NCBI GenBank assembly: GCA_963663275.1
Contig: OY760183.1
Coordinates: 800,001-864,000, forward strand
Direction of reading: 5' to 3'
Length of the DNA: 64,000 nucleotides
From: Chloroflexota bacterium
GTDB taxonomy: Bacteria > Chloroflexota > UBA11872 > VXOZ01
Shown: in pieces, positions 34,191 to 43,901 of the stretch
Numbering within the stretch: position 1 is the first letter of the stretch
How the letters are laid out: every line of letters begins with the position of its first letter
Program-made: the position numbers and the translations under genes
The notes under the pieces: generated by a model
Databases searched by the model: none
Seen by the model: only the letters and a program-made list of their open reading frames with translations
What the model was told of the DNA's origin: nothing

Positions 34191-34231
34191 CACCTCAAGG
34201 TCCGTTGTACGCACGCCAAGGAATAGAGCCT

Positions 34232-35326
34232 GTGTTGCGCGTAGAAACCTGGAAGCACGGCTGGCGCTGGGTGTACTCCGTTACGTATGACGCGGGGGTA
34301 CGCTCACTGCTGGAACATGCCCTGCCGTTGCACCGGCGGCATGAGATGCCCGGCGCGGTCGCGCTGGACGCGGCGCGGCTCGCAAACGGCGACGGGCAGC
34401 GGCAGGATGCCGACGGCGGCCCAGGGGACGATTACCTGACCTTGGACGAGGTGCGCGCGTTGTGTCGCCATGGGTGGAGCGTTGCCGGTATTGGCGCATC
34501 GCGTGACGGCGGTCGGGCGCCCACGAGGGACGCCCCTACACCGGCAGCGCGGAATGGCGGTCGGGCGGCCGCAAGGGACAATCGGGCGACTACGAGGGAC
34601 AGCGACAGCAGGGCGACCACAAGGGTCGCCCCTACGGCGGGGGAGTTGGAGCAACTGGTGGGCGCGCCGGTTACCGCGTTAGCGGTCTCAACCATCGATC
34701 ACTATCACGGGATTTTGCCGGAGGATGCGCGGGCGGCCGGATACCTCGCAATCTTTACCCGGGAAGACCGCCTGAACCACAACCACGTGGACGAAGATCT
34801 GTACGGGCTGGGACGGTCCGCGCTCTACACGGTGGAAGGGCTCCCCCTGCCGATGCGAACCTACGATCCCTACTGGCGGCTGCACCAAGCGCGGGATACG
34901 GCGGGCTGGCTGGTGGATAGCGCCCGGTTCGTTGCCGAGGATCCGGCAGACCCGGAACGCGACGTCACGCCCGCGCTGCTTGCCGAACGCTTCGAAAAAG
35001 TCGCGGAAGTCGGCGGCGTGTGGCGCGCCGCGCCGGACGAGGTCATAGACTACCTGCTCATGCGCCGCGCCGCCCACCCGCGCGCGCTCCGCGCCTCGGC
35101 AGAGGCAATCACGTTCACCATGGAAGCGCCGCGCATACCGGAGCGGGTGCGGAACCGGGAACTCACCTTCACGTTGGATGTACCGCACACGTGGCGGCGC
35201 CCGCTGGTGACCGCCGACGGCGCGCCGGTGGCGGACGCGACCGCGTTGGGTCAAGGCCGGATACGCTTTACGCTGCCCGTGAGCGACGGCCAGCGGCTGC
35301 GGGTCAGCGACGCGGGCGGCGCGTAG
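34232..35326 (+). CDS. Polysaccharide-deacetylase-like (NodB-fold) protein, degenerate, with in-frame REP insertion
   Basis: YSVTYDAG, YLTLDEVRALCRHGWSV and AGYLAIFT resemble NodB motifs; catalytic His positions are not evident. Confidence 0.6.
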   Translation: MLRVETWKHGWRWVYSVTYDAGVRSLLEHALPLHRRHEMPGAVALDAARLANGDGQRQDADGGPGDDYLTLDEVRALCRHGWSVAGIGASRDGGRAPTRDAPTPAARNGGRAAARDNRATTRDSDSRATTRVAPTAGELEQLVGAPVTALAVSTIDHYHGILPEDARAAGYLAIFTREDRLNHNHVDEDLYGLGRSALYTVEGLPLPMRTYDPYWRLHQARDTAGWLVDSARFVAEDPADPERDVTPALLAERFEKVAEVGGVWRAAPDEVIDYLLMRRAAHPRALRASAEAITFTMEAPRIPERVRNRELTFTLDVPHTWRRPLVTADGAPVADATALGQGRIRFTLPVSDGQRLRVSDAGGA

Positions 35327-35343
35327 CCGCGCCAAAGCGGCGC

Positions 35344-36186
35344 TTACGGAGACGGCAGCGGCGTCGCGTTGACGGTGACGACCACCTCGCCGTCGCCATG
35401 GTCAACCGCCTCGAAGACCACCGGGGCGCTGCTTTCCGCTAACGGGCCGATGGCGCGCTCGTTCACGGTAATCTCAATACCGCCGGTGCGTCCCAGTCTA
35501 ATGGACACACTCTCCGTGCCGGTCCACGTGCGCGGCTCTGTGCCCTGTGCGGTATCCGGGCCGATGGCGCCGCCAAAGGCGCTGACGCCGTCCACGTCGA
35601 TGCCGACCCAAACCTGTTGCGTTGTCGCGCGCAGCGTGACGTTGACGCCGGTGACTGGAGTAGGCGTCGGCGTCGGCGCTGTCGTGGGCGTGGGAACGGG
35701 GCTGGGCGTGGTGATTGGCGGCAGTTCTACCAGCGGTGTCGGTTCGGCGGTGGGGGTCGCTTCTCTTGGCGGCGGCGCTGGCGCCGGGGCCGGCCCTGCC
35801 GACAAGAACTCCTGATAGAGGAAATTCAAGATCACGCCAATCGCCACCATGAGCAGGAGTGAAACCAGGAGCTTGAGTCCCAACCGTGACGACGACCGCG
35901 GCCGCTCCGCCTCAGGCGCCGGCGCTGGGGAGAGAGAGGCGCGCGCGCGCTGCTGGCGATCGTATTCTTCGACGATTTCGGCCGCGTACAGGCCCAGGTA
36001 GCGCGCGTAGTTGAGCAGGAAGCCGCGCGTGTACACAGGCGCGGGCAGCGCGTCGAAGTCTTCCGCTTCCAATGCCTGTAACGCGGAGCGGCGGATGCGT
36101 GTGGCGGCGGCGGCTTGGTCGAGCGAGACACCTTTGGACAACCGCGCCGCGCGCAGCGTCTCACCTATGTGCAGCGGCTCATCCAC
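35344..36186 (-). CDS. rodZ: RodZ-like HTH + TM + DUF4115 protein
   Basis: IGETLRAARLSKGVSL...TRIR...YTRGFLLNYARYLGL; TM segment; WVGIDVDG C-terminal domain. Confidence 0.8.
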   Translation of the reverse strand: MDEPLHIGETLRAARLSKGVSLDQAAAATRIRRSALQALEAEDFDALPAPVYTRGFLLNYARYLGLYAAEIVEEYDRQQRARASLSPAPAPEAERPRSSSRLGLKLLVSLLLMVAIGVILNFLYQEFLSAGPAPAPAPPPREATPTAEPTPLVELPPITTPSPVPTPTTAPTPTPTPVTGVNVTLRATTQQVWVGIDVDGVSAFGGAIGPDTAQGTEPRTWTGTESVSIRLGRTGGIEITVNERAIGPLAESSAPVVFEAVDHGDGEVVVTVNATPLPSP

Positions 36187-36885
36187 GTGTCTACTCCACG
36201 GCGGGCGGCAACCACGGCAAACGGGCACCGCCTACGCCGTCCGGCAGCGCCTGCCTTGCCTACCCGATCGACCGCCAACCGATTGCTGGGAAAGAGAGAA
36301 TAGTCATACATGCGCGAATAGTCGGTTTCCAACGTGATATAGCGTCAGCAATACGTTTCGAATGTTTAGAGCCTATCGTACTAGAGCGCGGCATGGTGTG
36401 CACGCATCGCCGGCCGCGCCCATGGAGCGTGACTGCCCAAAATCACATTTAGCCTGAGAAGAGCCGCGCGGCGCGGGCGCCGCTTGCCAAGCGAGGCGCA
36501 TGGCCGCGCAACGAGAGATGGCGCGCCTGCACGCCAATTGCCCCCCCCAAACACCGCAACCGGCCCTGCCAGGTATACTTGCAAAGAGATAGGGAAAGCG
36601 CGGAAACAGGGCGTTTCCCTGTGTTCGGGCTGCGGCGCGCGTCTCCTCAACGCCGAGACGAGCCTGCGCGAATCGGCTCGCTCCAGCCTGTTCTCAGAAT
36701 AACAGAATCACGAAACGGGTGCGTGCGGAATTGCGCCGCGCCGGTGACGACGCCCAAGCCTCGGCGCGGCGAAAACCGGCCGGAAGCGAGCGGCCGGAAG
36801 AGCGCCGGGCAACCCCGGATAGAGAGCGCGGTTCCGCAACAGAGCGGCGCACAGGCATAAACCGCGATAGGAGCGCGGCCACGCA

Positions 36886-37734
36886 ATGGGATCAAGTATA
36901 GACGCCTGGATGCGGCTACCCACAGAGCAACTGCAACAGGCGGCCAAGACGCCGCTGCGCATTGCGCCGGACCGCGCGGCGCTCCACGCGGCCTTTGCCC
37001 GCGAAATCGCCGGCGAAATCAAGGCACGCAACGCCGCCGGCGAACCGGCGCGGCTCATCCTGCCGGTGGGCCCAGTCGGGCAGTACCCGCTGCTGGCCGA
37101 GATCTGCAACCGCGAGCGCATCTCCTGGCGGAACGTGTGGACGTTCAACATGGACGAATACTGCGATTGGGAAGGACGCTCGATTCCCCTCGACCATCCG
37201 CTGAGTTTCGAGGGCTACATGCGCCGCGATTTCTTTGCGCGGCTGGACGCCGGCCTGCGCATACCGGACGCACAGGTCTTCTTTCCGCGCATCGAGCGCA
37301 TCGACGAGGTGAGCGAGACCATCGCCAAACTCGGCGGCATCGATACCTGCTACGGCGGCGTCGGCGTCCACGGCCACGTGGCCTTCAACGAGCCGCCCAT
37401 CAGCCGCTTCCACCAGGTGACGCTGGAGGCCTTTCGCAACTCGCGCACCCGCGTGCTGCCGCTGGCGCCGGAAACGATAGTGATGAATTCCATCCGCCGC
37501 GTGGGCGGCAACTTCTATACCTTCCCGCCCATGGCAATCACGCTCGGCATGAAAGACATCCTGGAATCCCGCCGCGTCCGCCTCTACTGCGACGGCGGCG
37601 ATTGGCAGCAAGCCATCCTGCGCATCTCCCTGCTCGGCGACGTCTCCACCCACTACCCGGCCACCCTGCTGCAAGACCACCCGGACGCCCTCATCACCGC
37701 CGACGCCGCCACCGCCGCGCCGGTTCACCTCTAG
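36886..37734 (+). CDS. Glucosamine-6-phosphate isomerase/deaminase-like protein
   Basis: ILPVGPVGQY, FNMDEY, GGIDTCYGGVGVHGHVAFNEP and AITLGMKDI motifs. Confidence 0.85.
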   Translation: MGSSIDAWMRLPTEQLQQAAKTPLRIAPDRAALHAAFAREIAGEIKARNAAGEPARLILPVGPVGQYPLLAEICNRERISWRNVWTFNMDEYCDWEGRSIPLDHPLSFEGYMRRDFFARLDAGLRIPDAQVFFPRIERIDEVSETIAKLGGIDTCYGGVGVHGHVAFNEPPISRFHQVTLEAFRNSRTRVLPLAPETIVMNSIRRVGGNFYTFPPMAITLGMKDILESRRVRLYCDGGDWQQAILRISLLGDVSTHYPATLLQDHPDALITADAATAAPVHL

Positions 37735-37737
37735 TGC

Positions 37738-37795
37738 GGCTGCCCGCGGCCAAAGCCGACCTTTGGTACCTGCGGCAACATCCCGCCGTGCTGGG
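37738..37795 (+). pseudogene. 58-bp internal fragment of a purH homologue (inverted relative to purH at 48094-48151)
   Basis: 53/58 identity to the reverse complement of 48094-48151; reads LPAAKADLWYLRQHPAVLG. Confidence 0.8.
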
Positions 37796-38073
37796 TCGGT
37801 CTATCGTTTCGTGGTGTGTCTGTGCGTGTTAGGACATTAGGTGTTCAGCAGGCGTTCGGCGATTCGCCGACTGGCTGTCATTCCGAACGGAGCGCAGCGG
37901 AGTGAGGAATCTAGAGTCCTTACCCGGGAGTATGTGATTCCATCCAAGAGGCGGGGGACAAGCCCCCGCGCTACGTTAATGCGACAGTATAGGGGGCAAG
38001 CCCCCGCGCTACGACCTAGTGGTGAGAAGCGATCGTACACGCGGCAAGAGAACATGCTGCACAATGCGGACGC

Positions 38074-38694
38074 TTAGCCCTGTCGCTCAAGCTCACTGAG
38101 AAAGCGGTCGGCGTAGGGCGACTTCTGCCGAACCTTGGCCGGGTCCAGCTCCGCCAGTATTTCGAAGCTGTGCTTCCCCTTGGCATACGCGCCCTTGCTC
38201 GTGCTGCGCGTAGCCTGCCGCAGTCCGTTCTCGACGTCTTGTTTGGAGACTTCCTCTACCCGTGGATTCTGCGGCAGCGCGGACTCGTGGAACCTCTGGC
38301 CGTAGAAGGACGCGAGTGCGTTCAGATCGGCAAGGAACCAGGATTCCATGACCTGCACCATCAAATGGCATTGCTCGTCAGTCGCTGAATGGGGACGGTC
38401 CCAATTGTCGCGGGCCTTTAGATGTTGCCAAGGCCCACGTGTCGTAACCGGCTGCTCCGCATCCACTAGCAGCAGGGCGGCTTCTCCATTCGCGACCGCT
38501 TTCTTGAAGTCATTGAAAGCCCGCTCCCGACTACCACACGGGAGGATACGAGGCATTCTGCCGGCCAAACCCGTCTTCCTGACGAATTTACTAAAGCCTT
38601 CGCGGAATGCACTGGTCTGTTCTGAGCGTCCGCCTTTTCGCCCCTTTCGATCCGAGCCGCTGCCGCCGCCTTCCACGTAGACTTTGACGCTCAC
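38074..38694 (-). CDS. DUF4276 family (TOPRIM-like) protein
   Basis: VKVYVEGGG, LLLVDAE, MVQVMESWFLAD and YAKGKHS motifs; GTGA overlap with the upstream ATPase. Confidence 0.8.
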   Translation of the reverse strand: MSVKVYVEGGGSGSDRKGRKGGRSEQTSAFREGFSKFVRKTGLAGRMPRILPCGSRERAFNDFKKAVANGEAALLLVDAEQPVTTRGPWQHLKARDNWDRPHSATDEQCHLMVQVMESWFLADLNALASFYGQRFHESALPQNPRVEEVSKQDVENGLRQATRSTSKGAYAKGKHSFEILAELDPAKVRQKSPYADRFLSELERQG

Positions 38695-39884
38695 CAGACA
38701 TTCCCTCCCAGGTCGCCGCGCGTCCAGAGTTCGCCGAGGCGGTAATCGTCCAGCCAGACTTTGAGTTCGCCGGGATCAAGCCGGCGAAGTTGCGTCGCGC
38801 CATCGACCTTTTCGCAAATGACCACGGCCTCCGGCGTATCCGAGAGCGCGTCCACAAGAATATCGGAGTGCGTCGTGACGATGATTTGGCTGCGTTTAGA
38901 CGCTTCGACCAGGAGTTTTGCCAACTTTGGGATCACATCGGGATGCAGTCCCATCTCGGGTTCCTCGATGCAGATAACCGGCGGCGGCTCGGGACTACCA
39001 AGGGCCACCAGCAGGCAGAGGAAACGCAGGGTTCCATCGGAGAGCCGCGTAGCCGGCACGTTTTGGTCAAGTCCTTCTTCTTGGAAGAATACCTGCACGG
39101 TACCGCCTACCACCACGACGAGGACATCCTCGACCGCCGGGTAGAAGTCTCGCAAGTTGTGAAGCAGCCACTCCTTGAAGCGCGGTTGGTTCAGCAGATG
39201 GCTCAAGACTACGGCAAGGTTTGAACCGTCCTCCAACAAGTAGTCTTGAGGAAGGTCAGCCAGTTGTGGGCGACGTAACGGGGTCTTGTGTCCGAGTTGG
39301 AATTCGCGGTAGAAGAGCATGCGCTCGAAGAGGGACGCCAGATACGTCAACTCCGGATAGGAGAACGGGTCCCGTCGCTGCGAAAGAATCGACTGATCTG
39401 TCCTAACGTCTTTGTCTTGTACAAACCGTCGCTCGGGGGAATCCTTTTCCTTGAGGTTGATTTTCGGCTTGCCTAATTTGTACCGATAGTAGAAGTGTGG
39501 TTCCTCACCGGGCTCACTTGAGTGCCCGTCCTCAATAATTTCATCCAGAAGCGCGAAGCGCGCAAATGGCTCGTGAAACCACAGCAAATAACTCAGCGGC
39601 ATCCCCCTATTTGGGAATCCGACGTTCACCTCAACGGTTGCCGCAGGAGAATCTGTAGGCCCTTTCCAGAGCCACTCATGCACTCCGCCACCTTTACGGA
39701 ACGGCGCCTGAATGTCCCGCGGCGCGGCGGCCAGTATCGACAACGCCTCGATGAGGTTAGACTTGCCCGAAGCGTTCGGGCCGATGAGGACGTTCAGCGG
39801 TTCCAGGTCGAACGGAGGCGTTTCGGGGCCATAGGAGAGGATGTTCTGCAGACGGATCGATTGAATGAACCTCTTGCCGTCCAT
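38691..39884 (-). CDS. ABC-type/AAA_21 ATPase (COG4637-like)
   Basis: Walker A GPNASGKSN, signature LSDGTLRFL, Walker B CIEEPEMGLHP, H-loop TTHS. Confidence 0.9.
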   Translation of the reverse strand: MDGKRFIQSIRLQNILSYGPETPPFDLEPLNVLIGPNASGKSNLIEALSILAAAPRDIQAPFRKGGGVHEWLWKGPTDSPAATVEVNVGFPNRGMPLSYLLWFHEPFARFALLDEIIEDGHSSEPGEEPHFYYRYKLGKPKINLKEKDSPERRFVQDKDVRTDQSILSQRRDPFSYPELTYLASLFERMLFYREFQLGHKTPLRRPQLADLPQDYLLEDGSNLAVVLSHLLNQPRFKEWLLHNLRDFYPAVEDVLVVVVGGTVQVFFQEEGLDQNVPATRLSDGTLRFLCLLVALGSPEPPPVICIEEPEMGLHPDVIPKLAKLLVEASKRSQIIVTTHSDILVDALSDTPEAVVICEKVDGATQLRRLDPGELKVWLDDYRLGELWTRGDLGGNVW

Positions 39885-40277
39885 TGGATCTGTCCTTGCC
39901 TTTGCGCTTTTCACCGTGGGCGGATGCCGCAATAGCCGCCGGAGTCGTGGGTGGGCCTGCGATGCGCCTCGCTATCTTATGGAACAGTGCCCTCGCGTCG
40001 ATGTCAAGCAAGGGCGCTCATTTGTAAGAAGCGGATAGTCTCACGTTCGCGCGGTTGGCTATTCTTCCAAGTCCATCGGAGCGCTTTGCGGCCGCTCTCG
40101 TTCCGTGGCCGTCCTGCAAATGCCGCTGCCGAACCGGATCCATAGACAGCGAGCCCAGCCAACGCCGCTGTGGTGGTATCATCTGTGTGTCACAGTGCGC
40201 AGACTAGGGGTGTCGCTCAATGGTGGGCGTCACAATACGTAGCGTATGGTTTGCATTCCTGAGGAGGGAAGATTCTC

Positions 40278-41285
40278 ATGGCTTCGCAACAGGATCCGGT
40301 TCGGTTTGGGATTATTGGTCTCGGCGTGGGCAAGTCGCGGGTGAAGCAGGCGGCGACGACGGCGGGGGCGGAGTTGGTGGCGGTCTGCGACTTGCAGGAG
40401 GAGTTGGCCGCGGCGCAGGCGGCGGAGTATGGGTGCGACTGGCACACCGACCACCGCTCCTTGCTGGAGCGGCAGGACATCGACGCGGTGGGCATCTTCA
40501 CGCCCAGCGGCACGCATGGCGACCTGGCAATCGAGAGCTTGCAGGCCGGCAAGCACACCTTCACCACCAAGCCGATGGACGTCACCACCGCCAAGATCGA
40601 CCAGGTGCTTGCCGCCGCTGAAGCAAGCGGCCAACTGCTGGCGGTGGACTTCCAGCGGCGCTACGAACTCAGCACGCGCCTCATCAAGCAGGCCATCGAC
40701 GCGGGCCGCATCGGCCGTCCCATCTTTGGCGATTTCCGGCTGAAGTGGTACCGCGCCGATAGCTACTTTGCCGGCGGCAATCCGCCCGGCTGGCGCGGCA
40801 CCTGGCAGTACGACGGCGGCGGCTCGGCGGCCAACCAGGGCATCCACGGCATCGACCAGACCCTGTGGTTCATGGGGCCGGTGCAGAGCGTGCGCGCCCG
40901 CATCAACATCTTCAACCACGACATCGAGACCGAGGACGCGCTGGAGGCGTTGGTGACCTATGCGTCCGGCGCGTGGGGCATCATCCAGACCACCACCACG
41001 GTGTACGGCGGCCTGGGCCACGAGCACGAAATCCACGGCACCGGCGGCACCATCCAGATGCGGCAGGAGGACATCACCATGTGGGCGTTCGTGGACGACC
41101 CCGACGGCGGCCCGCCCGATCCGGCGCAGCTTCCGCCCGGCCCCAGCAACATCATCGAGGATATGATCGGCGCGCTGCGCGACGGCAAGCCGGTGGCGTG
41201 CAGCGGGCCGGAAGGCCGGCGGTCGGTGGAACTGCTGGAAGCCATGTACACGTCGGCGCGGGAAGACCGGGAGGTGACGCTCTAG
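40278..41285 (+). CDS. Gfo/Idh/MocA family oxidoreductase
   Basis: RFGIIGLG, GKHTFTTKPM, FQRRY and GGGSAANQGIHGID motifs. Confidence 0.9.
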   Translation: MASQQDPVRFGIIGLGVGKSRVKQAATTAGAELVAVCDLQEELAAAQAAEYGCDWHTDHRSLLERQDIDAVGIFTPSGTHGDLAIESLQAGKHTFTTKPMDVTTAKIDQVLAAAEASGQLLAVDFQRRYELSTRLIKQAIDAGRIGRPIFGDFRLKWYRADSYFAGGNPPGWRGTWQYDGGGSAANQGIHGIDQTLWFMGPVQSVRARINIFNHDIETEDALEALVTYASGAWGIIQTTTTVYGGLGHEHEIHGTGGTIQMRQEDITMWAFVDDPDGGPPDPAQLPPGPSNIIEDMIGALRDGKPVACSGPEGRRSVELLEAMYTSAREDREVTL

Positions 41286-41301
41286 CGCGGCCGGACACCC
41301 C

Positions 41302-41572
41302 CAATGCTGTCCGCGTAAAACCTGATGGGTTCCGCCCTCCCCGTTCGTGCTGAGCACTTCGGCAAGCTCAGCACAGGCCTGTCGAAGTACGAGCGGGGGA
41401 AACCGCATCGCAAACCCTACTCCGTTCTCCGCGCCATTCACCCTTCGACGTAGCTCAGGGCGAACGGGGAGAACAACGGGGCGAACAACGGGGCGAACGG
41501 GGCGAACAACAGGGCGAATGGGGCGAACAACGGGGCGAACGGCACGCGCGAGGGGCTAATGCGACAGAATTG
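41302..41572. mobile_element. Second MITE-like element of the same TIR family (271 bp) carrying REP F copies and a GGGCGAAC(AAC) tandem run
   Basis: Left CAATGCTGTCCGCGTAA, right CTAATGCGACAGAATTG; flanks CCGGACACCCC (41291-41301) / CCGGACATCCC (41573-41583). Confidence 0.7.
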
Positions 41573-41689
41573 CCGGACATCCCCGCCTTTCGCGGCCCGT
41601 ATTCCCGGCGCCGTCTCCGCTCCCGCGGCTTTCTGTTCGCCGCGACCGCCATGCCTGCGGTGGGAGCGCGCGGCAGAAGCGGAAGATCC

Positions 41690-43096
41690 TCACACGTTCA
41701 GGGGAAGGCGAAGAGTCACGGTGGCGCCCTTACCGGGGCCGTCGCTGGCGATGGCAACGGCGCCTCCATGCGCTTCGACTATGGCTCGGGTGATGGCCAG
41801 TCCCAGACCTGAGCCGCCTATCCCGCGACTGCGAGACCGGCCGGTACGGTAGAAGCGGTCGAAGACGTGGGGAAGGTCCGCGGCGTGGATGCCGGCCCCG
41901 TCATCGCGGATCGAGATCGCCAGCGTCTCGTCGCTTTCCAGCCCGGCCTCGAGCGCGACACTCCCGCCGGCCTCGGCGCTATCGAGGGCGTTGCGCACGA
42001 CGTTTCCCAACGCCTGGCTCAGGCGCGCCCGGTCGAGGCGCACGTCCGGGAGTTCGCCGGACACCTGGAGCGACAATGCAATCTGCCGGGCTTGACATTG
42101 TGTCTGCCAGCGGTCGACTTCCACGGTGAGCAGTTCGTGGATCGAGCTTGTCTCAAGTTCCATCCTCAGAGCGCCATAGTCCGTCTCCGCAAGCGCGCTC
42201 AGATCGGTCGCGAGGCCCCGCAGCCTTGCTACCTCCTGGATTATGTGGCCGGAGGCGCTCGCAGGCGTCTGCAATCCATCGCGCAGCCCTTGCGCTTCCA
42301 GTTGTATGACGCTCAGCGGCGTATTCAGTTCGTGGGAGACATCGTCGATCAACCGTCTTCGGAGTGCGCGCTGCGTTGCCAGGGCGGCGGTCATGCGGTT
42401 GAATGCCGCGCTCATTTGCCCCAACTCATCGGAGGATGCGACCGGCAACTGAGCGGTATCTCCCCGCGCGATTGCCTGGGTTGCCTTCGTCAGCGCCGTC
42501 ACCGGGGCCGTGATCCGGCTGGACAACCAGGCGGCCAGCAGAATAGCGGCGCCGGCCGCCAACATGCCGCCAACGAGGGTGATGTACAGGAGCGCGTTGA
42601 GCAACCCGTGCGACTCGGTCGCCAGGAACTCATGGCCCACGTCCACGTAGACTTGGCCCACGGGTTGATTCGTCGCCAGATCGAACACGGTTTCGGGATG
42701 CCCGTCCAGATTAGGCGCGACCGTTGCGGTTGACAGTTCGGAAAAATTGTCCCGCACCACCCGGCCATCGCTGCCAACGACGACGACCCGTATCGGATCT
42801 CTGTGAAAAAGCTCGAAAGATTCTCCCTCACTCCCTTCCGTTCGCTCCCTCTGGGCGCTTTCGTAGCTGTAGCCGGCTTCGGATAGCGCCCTGTCCACCG
42901 TGTTCCAACCACCGGCAGCGGTATACTCCCGGCTCAGATTCCGGGCTAACCGGCTCGCCTCATCAGCGCCAATCCGGTCTACGAACACACCCAGACGGTA
43001 CCGGGTTGCGAAATAGCCCACGCCGAGGTTGATGAGGACGGTAAGGACGATGACACAGACTACCGAAGCCAAAATACGCCAGCGCAGCGACATCAT
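41690..43096 (-). CDS. Sensor histidine kinase (HAMP-HisKA-HATPase, BaeS-like)
   Basis: Two TM segments; DELGQMSAAFNRM, DVSHELNTPL, GNVVRNA, DDGAG and GSGLGL motifs. Confidence 0.92.
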   Translation of the reverse strand: MMSLRWRILASVVCVIVLTVLINLGVGYFATRYRLGVFVDRIGADEASRLARNLSREYTAAGGWNTVDRALSEAGYSYESAQRERTEGSEGESFELFHRDPIRVVVVGSDGRVVRDNFSELSTATVAPNLDGHPETVFDLATNQPVGQVYVDVGHEFLATESHGLLNALLYITLVGGMLAAGAAILLAAWLSSRITAPVTALTKATQAIARGDTAQLPVASSDELGQMSAAFNRMTAALATQRALRRRLIDDVSHELNTPLSVIQLEAQGLRDGLQTPASASGHIIQEVARLRGLATDLSALAETDYGALRMELETSSIHELLTVEVDRWQTQCQARQIALSLQVSGELPDVRLDRARLSQALGNVVRNALDSAEAGGSVALEAGLESDETLAISIRDDGAGIHAADLPHVFDRFYRTGRSRSRGIGGSGLGLAITRAIVEAHGGAVAIASDGPGKGATVTLRLPLNV

Positions 43097-43770
43097 GCGT
43101 TCTCCACCACGAACTTGTAACCGGCGCCGTAGACGGTCTGGATGGGCTGCCTGCCGTCGCGGTTGATCTGCTTTCGCAGGCGGGCGATCTGGCTGTCGAC
43201 GGCGCGGTCGAACCCGTCGAAATCGTCGTTGAAGGTCAACGAGATAAGCTGATCGCGGCTGAGCAACTGGTTGGGATGGCGCATGAACGTCGCCAGCAGA
43301 GCAAATTGCGCCTGGCTCAGCGTCACGGGTTCCTCATTGACCGTCACACTCCGCGTGGTCTCATTCAACGTGATAGAGCCGCGTGTCAGCACGTGCCGGA
43401 CTCTACCCTCCACGCGGCGCAGCACGGCTTCGGCGCGCGCAATGACTTCTTCCGGAGCGAAAGGCTTGACGATGTAATCGTCGGCTCCGCTGTCCAGTCC
43501 GTTGATGCGTTCGGCGGGGGCTTCCCTGGCCGTCAGCATGATAATCGGGACTTCCGATTCCCGGCGCAGGGTTCTGCATAACTCCACGCCGTCCAGGCGC
43601 GGAAGCATCAAGTCGAGGACGATCAGATCCGGCGTGAGATTACGAGCCAAGGCCAGGCCGGACGCGCCGTCATGAGCAACTTCGGCGCAGTATCCGGCGC
43701 GCTCGAAGTAAACCCTGACCCAGTTCGCGATCCGCGTGTCGTCTTCGACTATCAATACCGTGCGGCTCAT
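43093..43770 (-). CDS. OmpR-family response regulator
   Basis: LIVEDD, LDLMLP, GADDYIVKPF and IQTVYGAGY motifs. Confidence 0.93.
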   Translation of the reverse strand: MSRTVLIVEDDTRIANWVRVYFERAGYCAEVAHDGASGLALARNLTPDLIVLDLMLPRLDGVELCRTLRRESEVPIIMLTAREAPAERINGLDSGADDYIVKPFAPEEVIARAEAVLRRVEGRVRHVLTRGSITLNETTRSVTVNEEPVTLSQAQFALLATFMRHPNQLLSRDQLISLTFNDDFDGFDRAVDSQIARLRKQINRDGRQPIQTVYGAGYKFVVENA

Positions 43771-43794
43771 CGCCAGTCCTCTTGGGGCCATAGT

Positions 43795-43831
43795 GGACGC
43801 GATGCCTCAATGAGGCATCGCGTCCGGCTAC
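43795..43831. repeat. GTAG-type palindrome (GGACGCGATGCCTCA-A-TGAGGCATCGCGTCC)
   Basis: Perfect 15-bp stem; GTAG lies just 5' of the stem on the minus strand. Confidence 0.7.
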
Positions 43832-43901
43832 GGGATACTGCCACGGTCGAATTATATTCCTTGCGATTTTAACCTGCTCCGTCGGCTGAGTCCGAGCGGC
43901 C

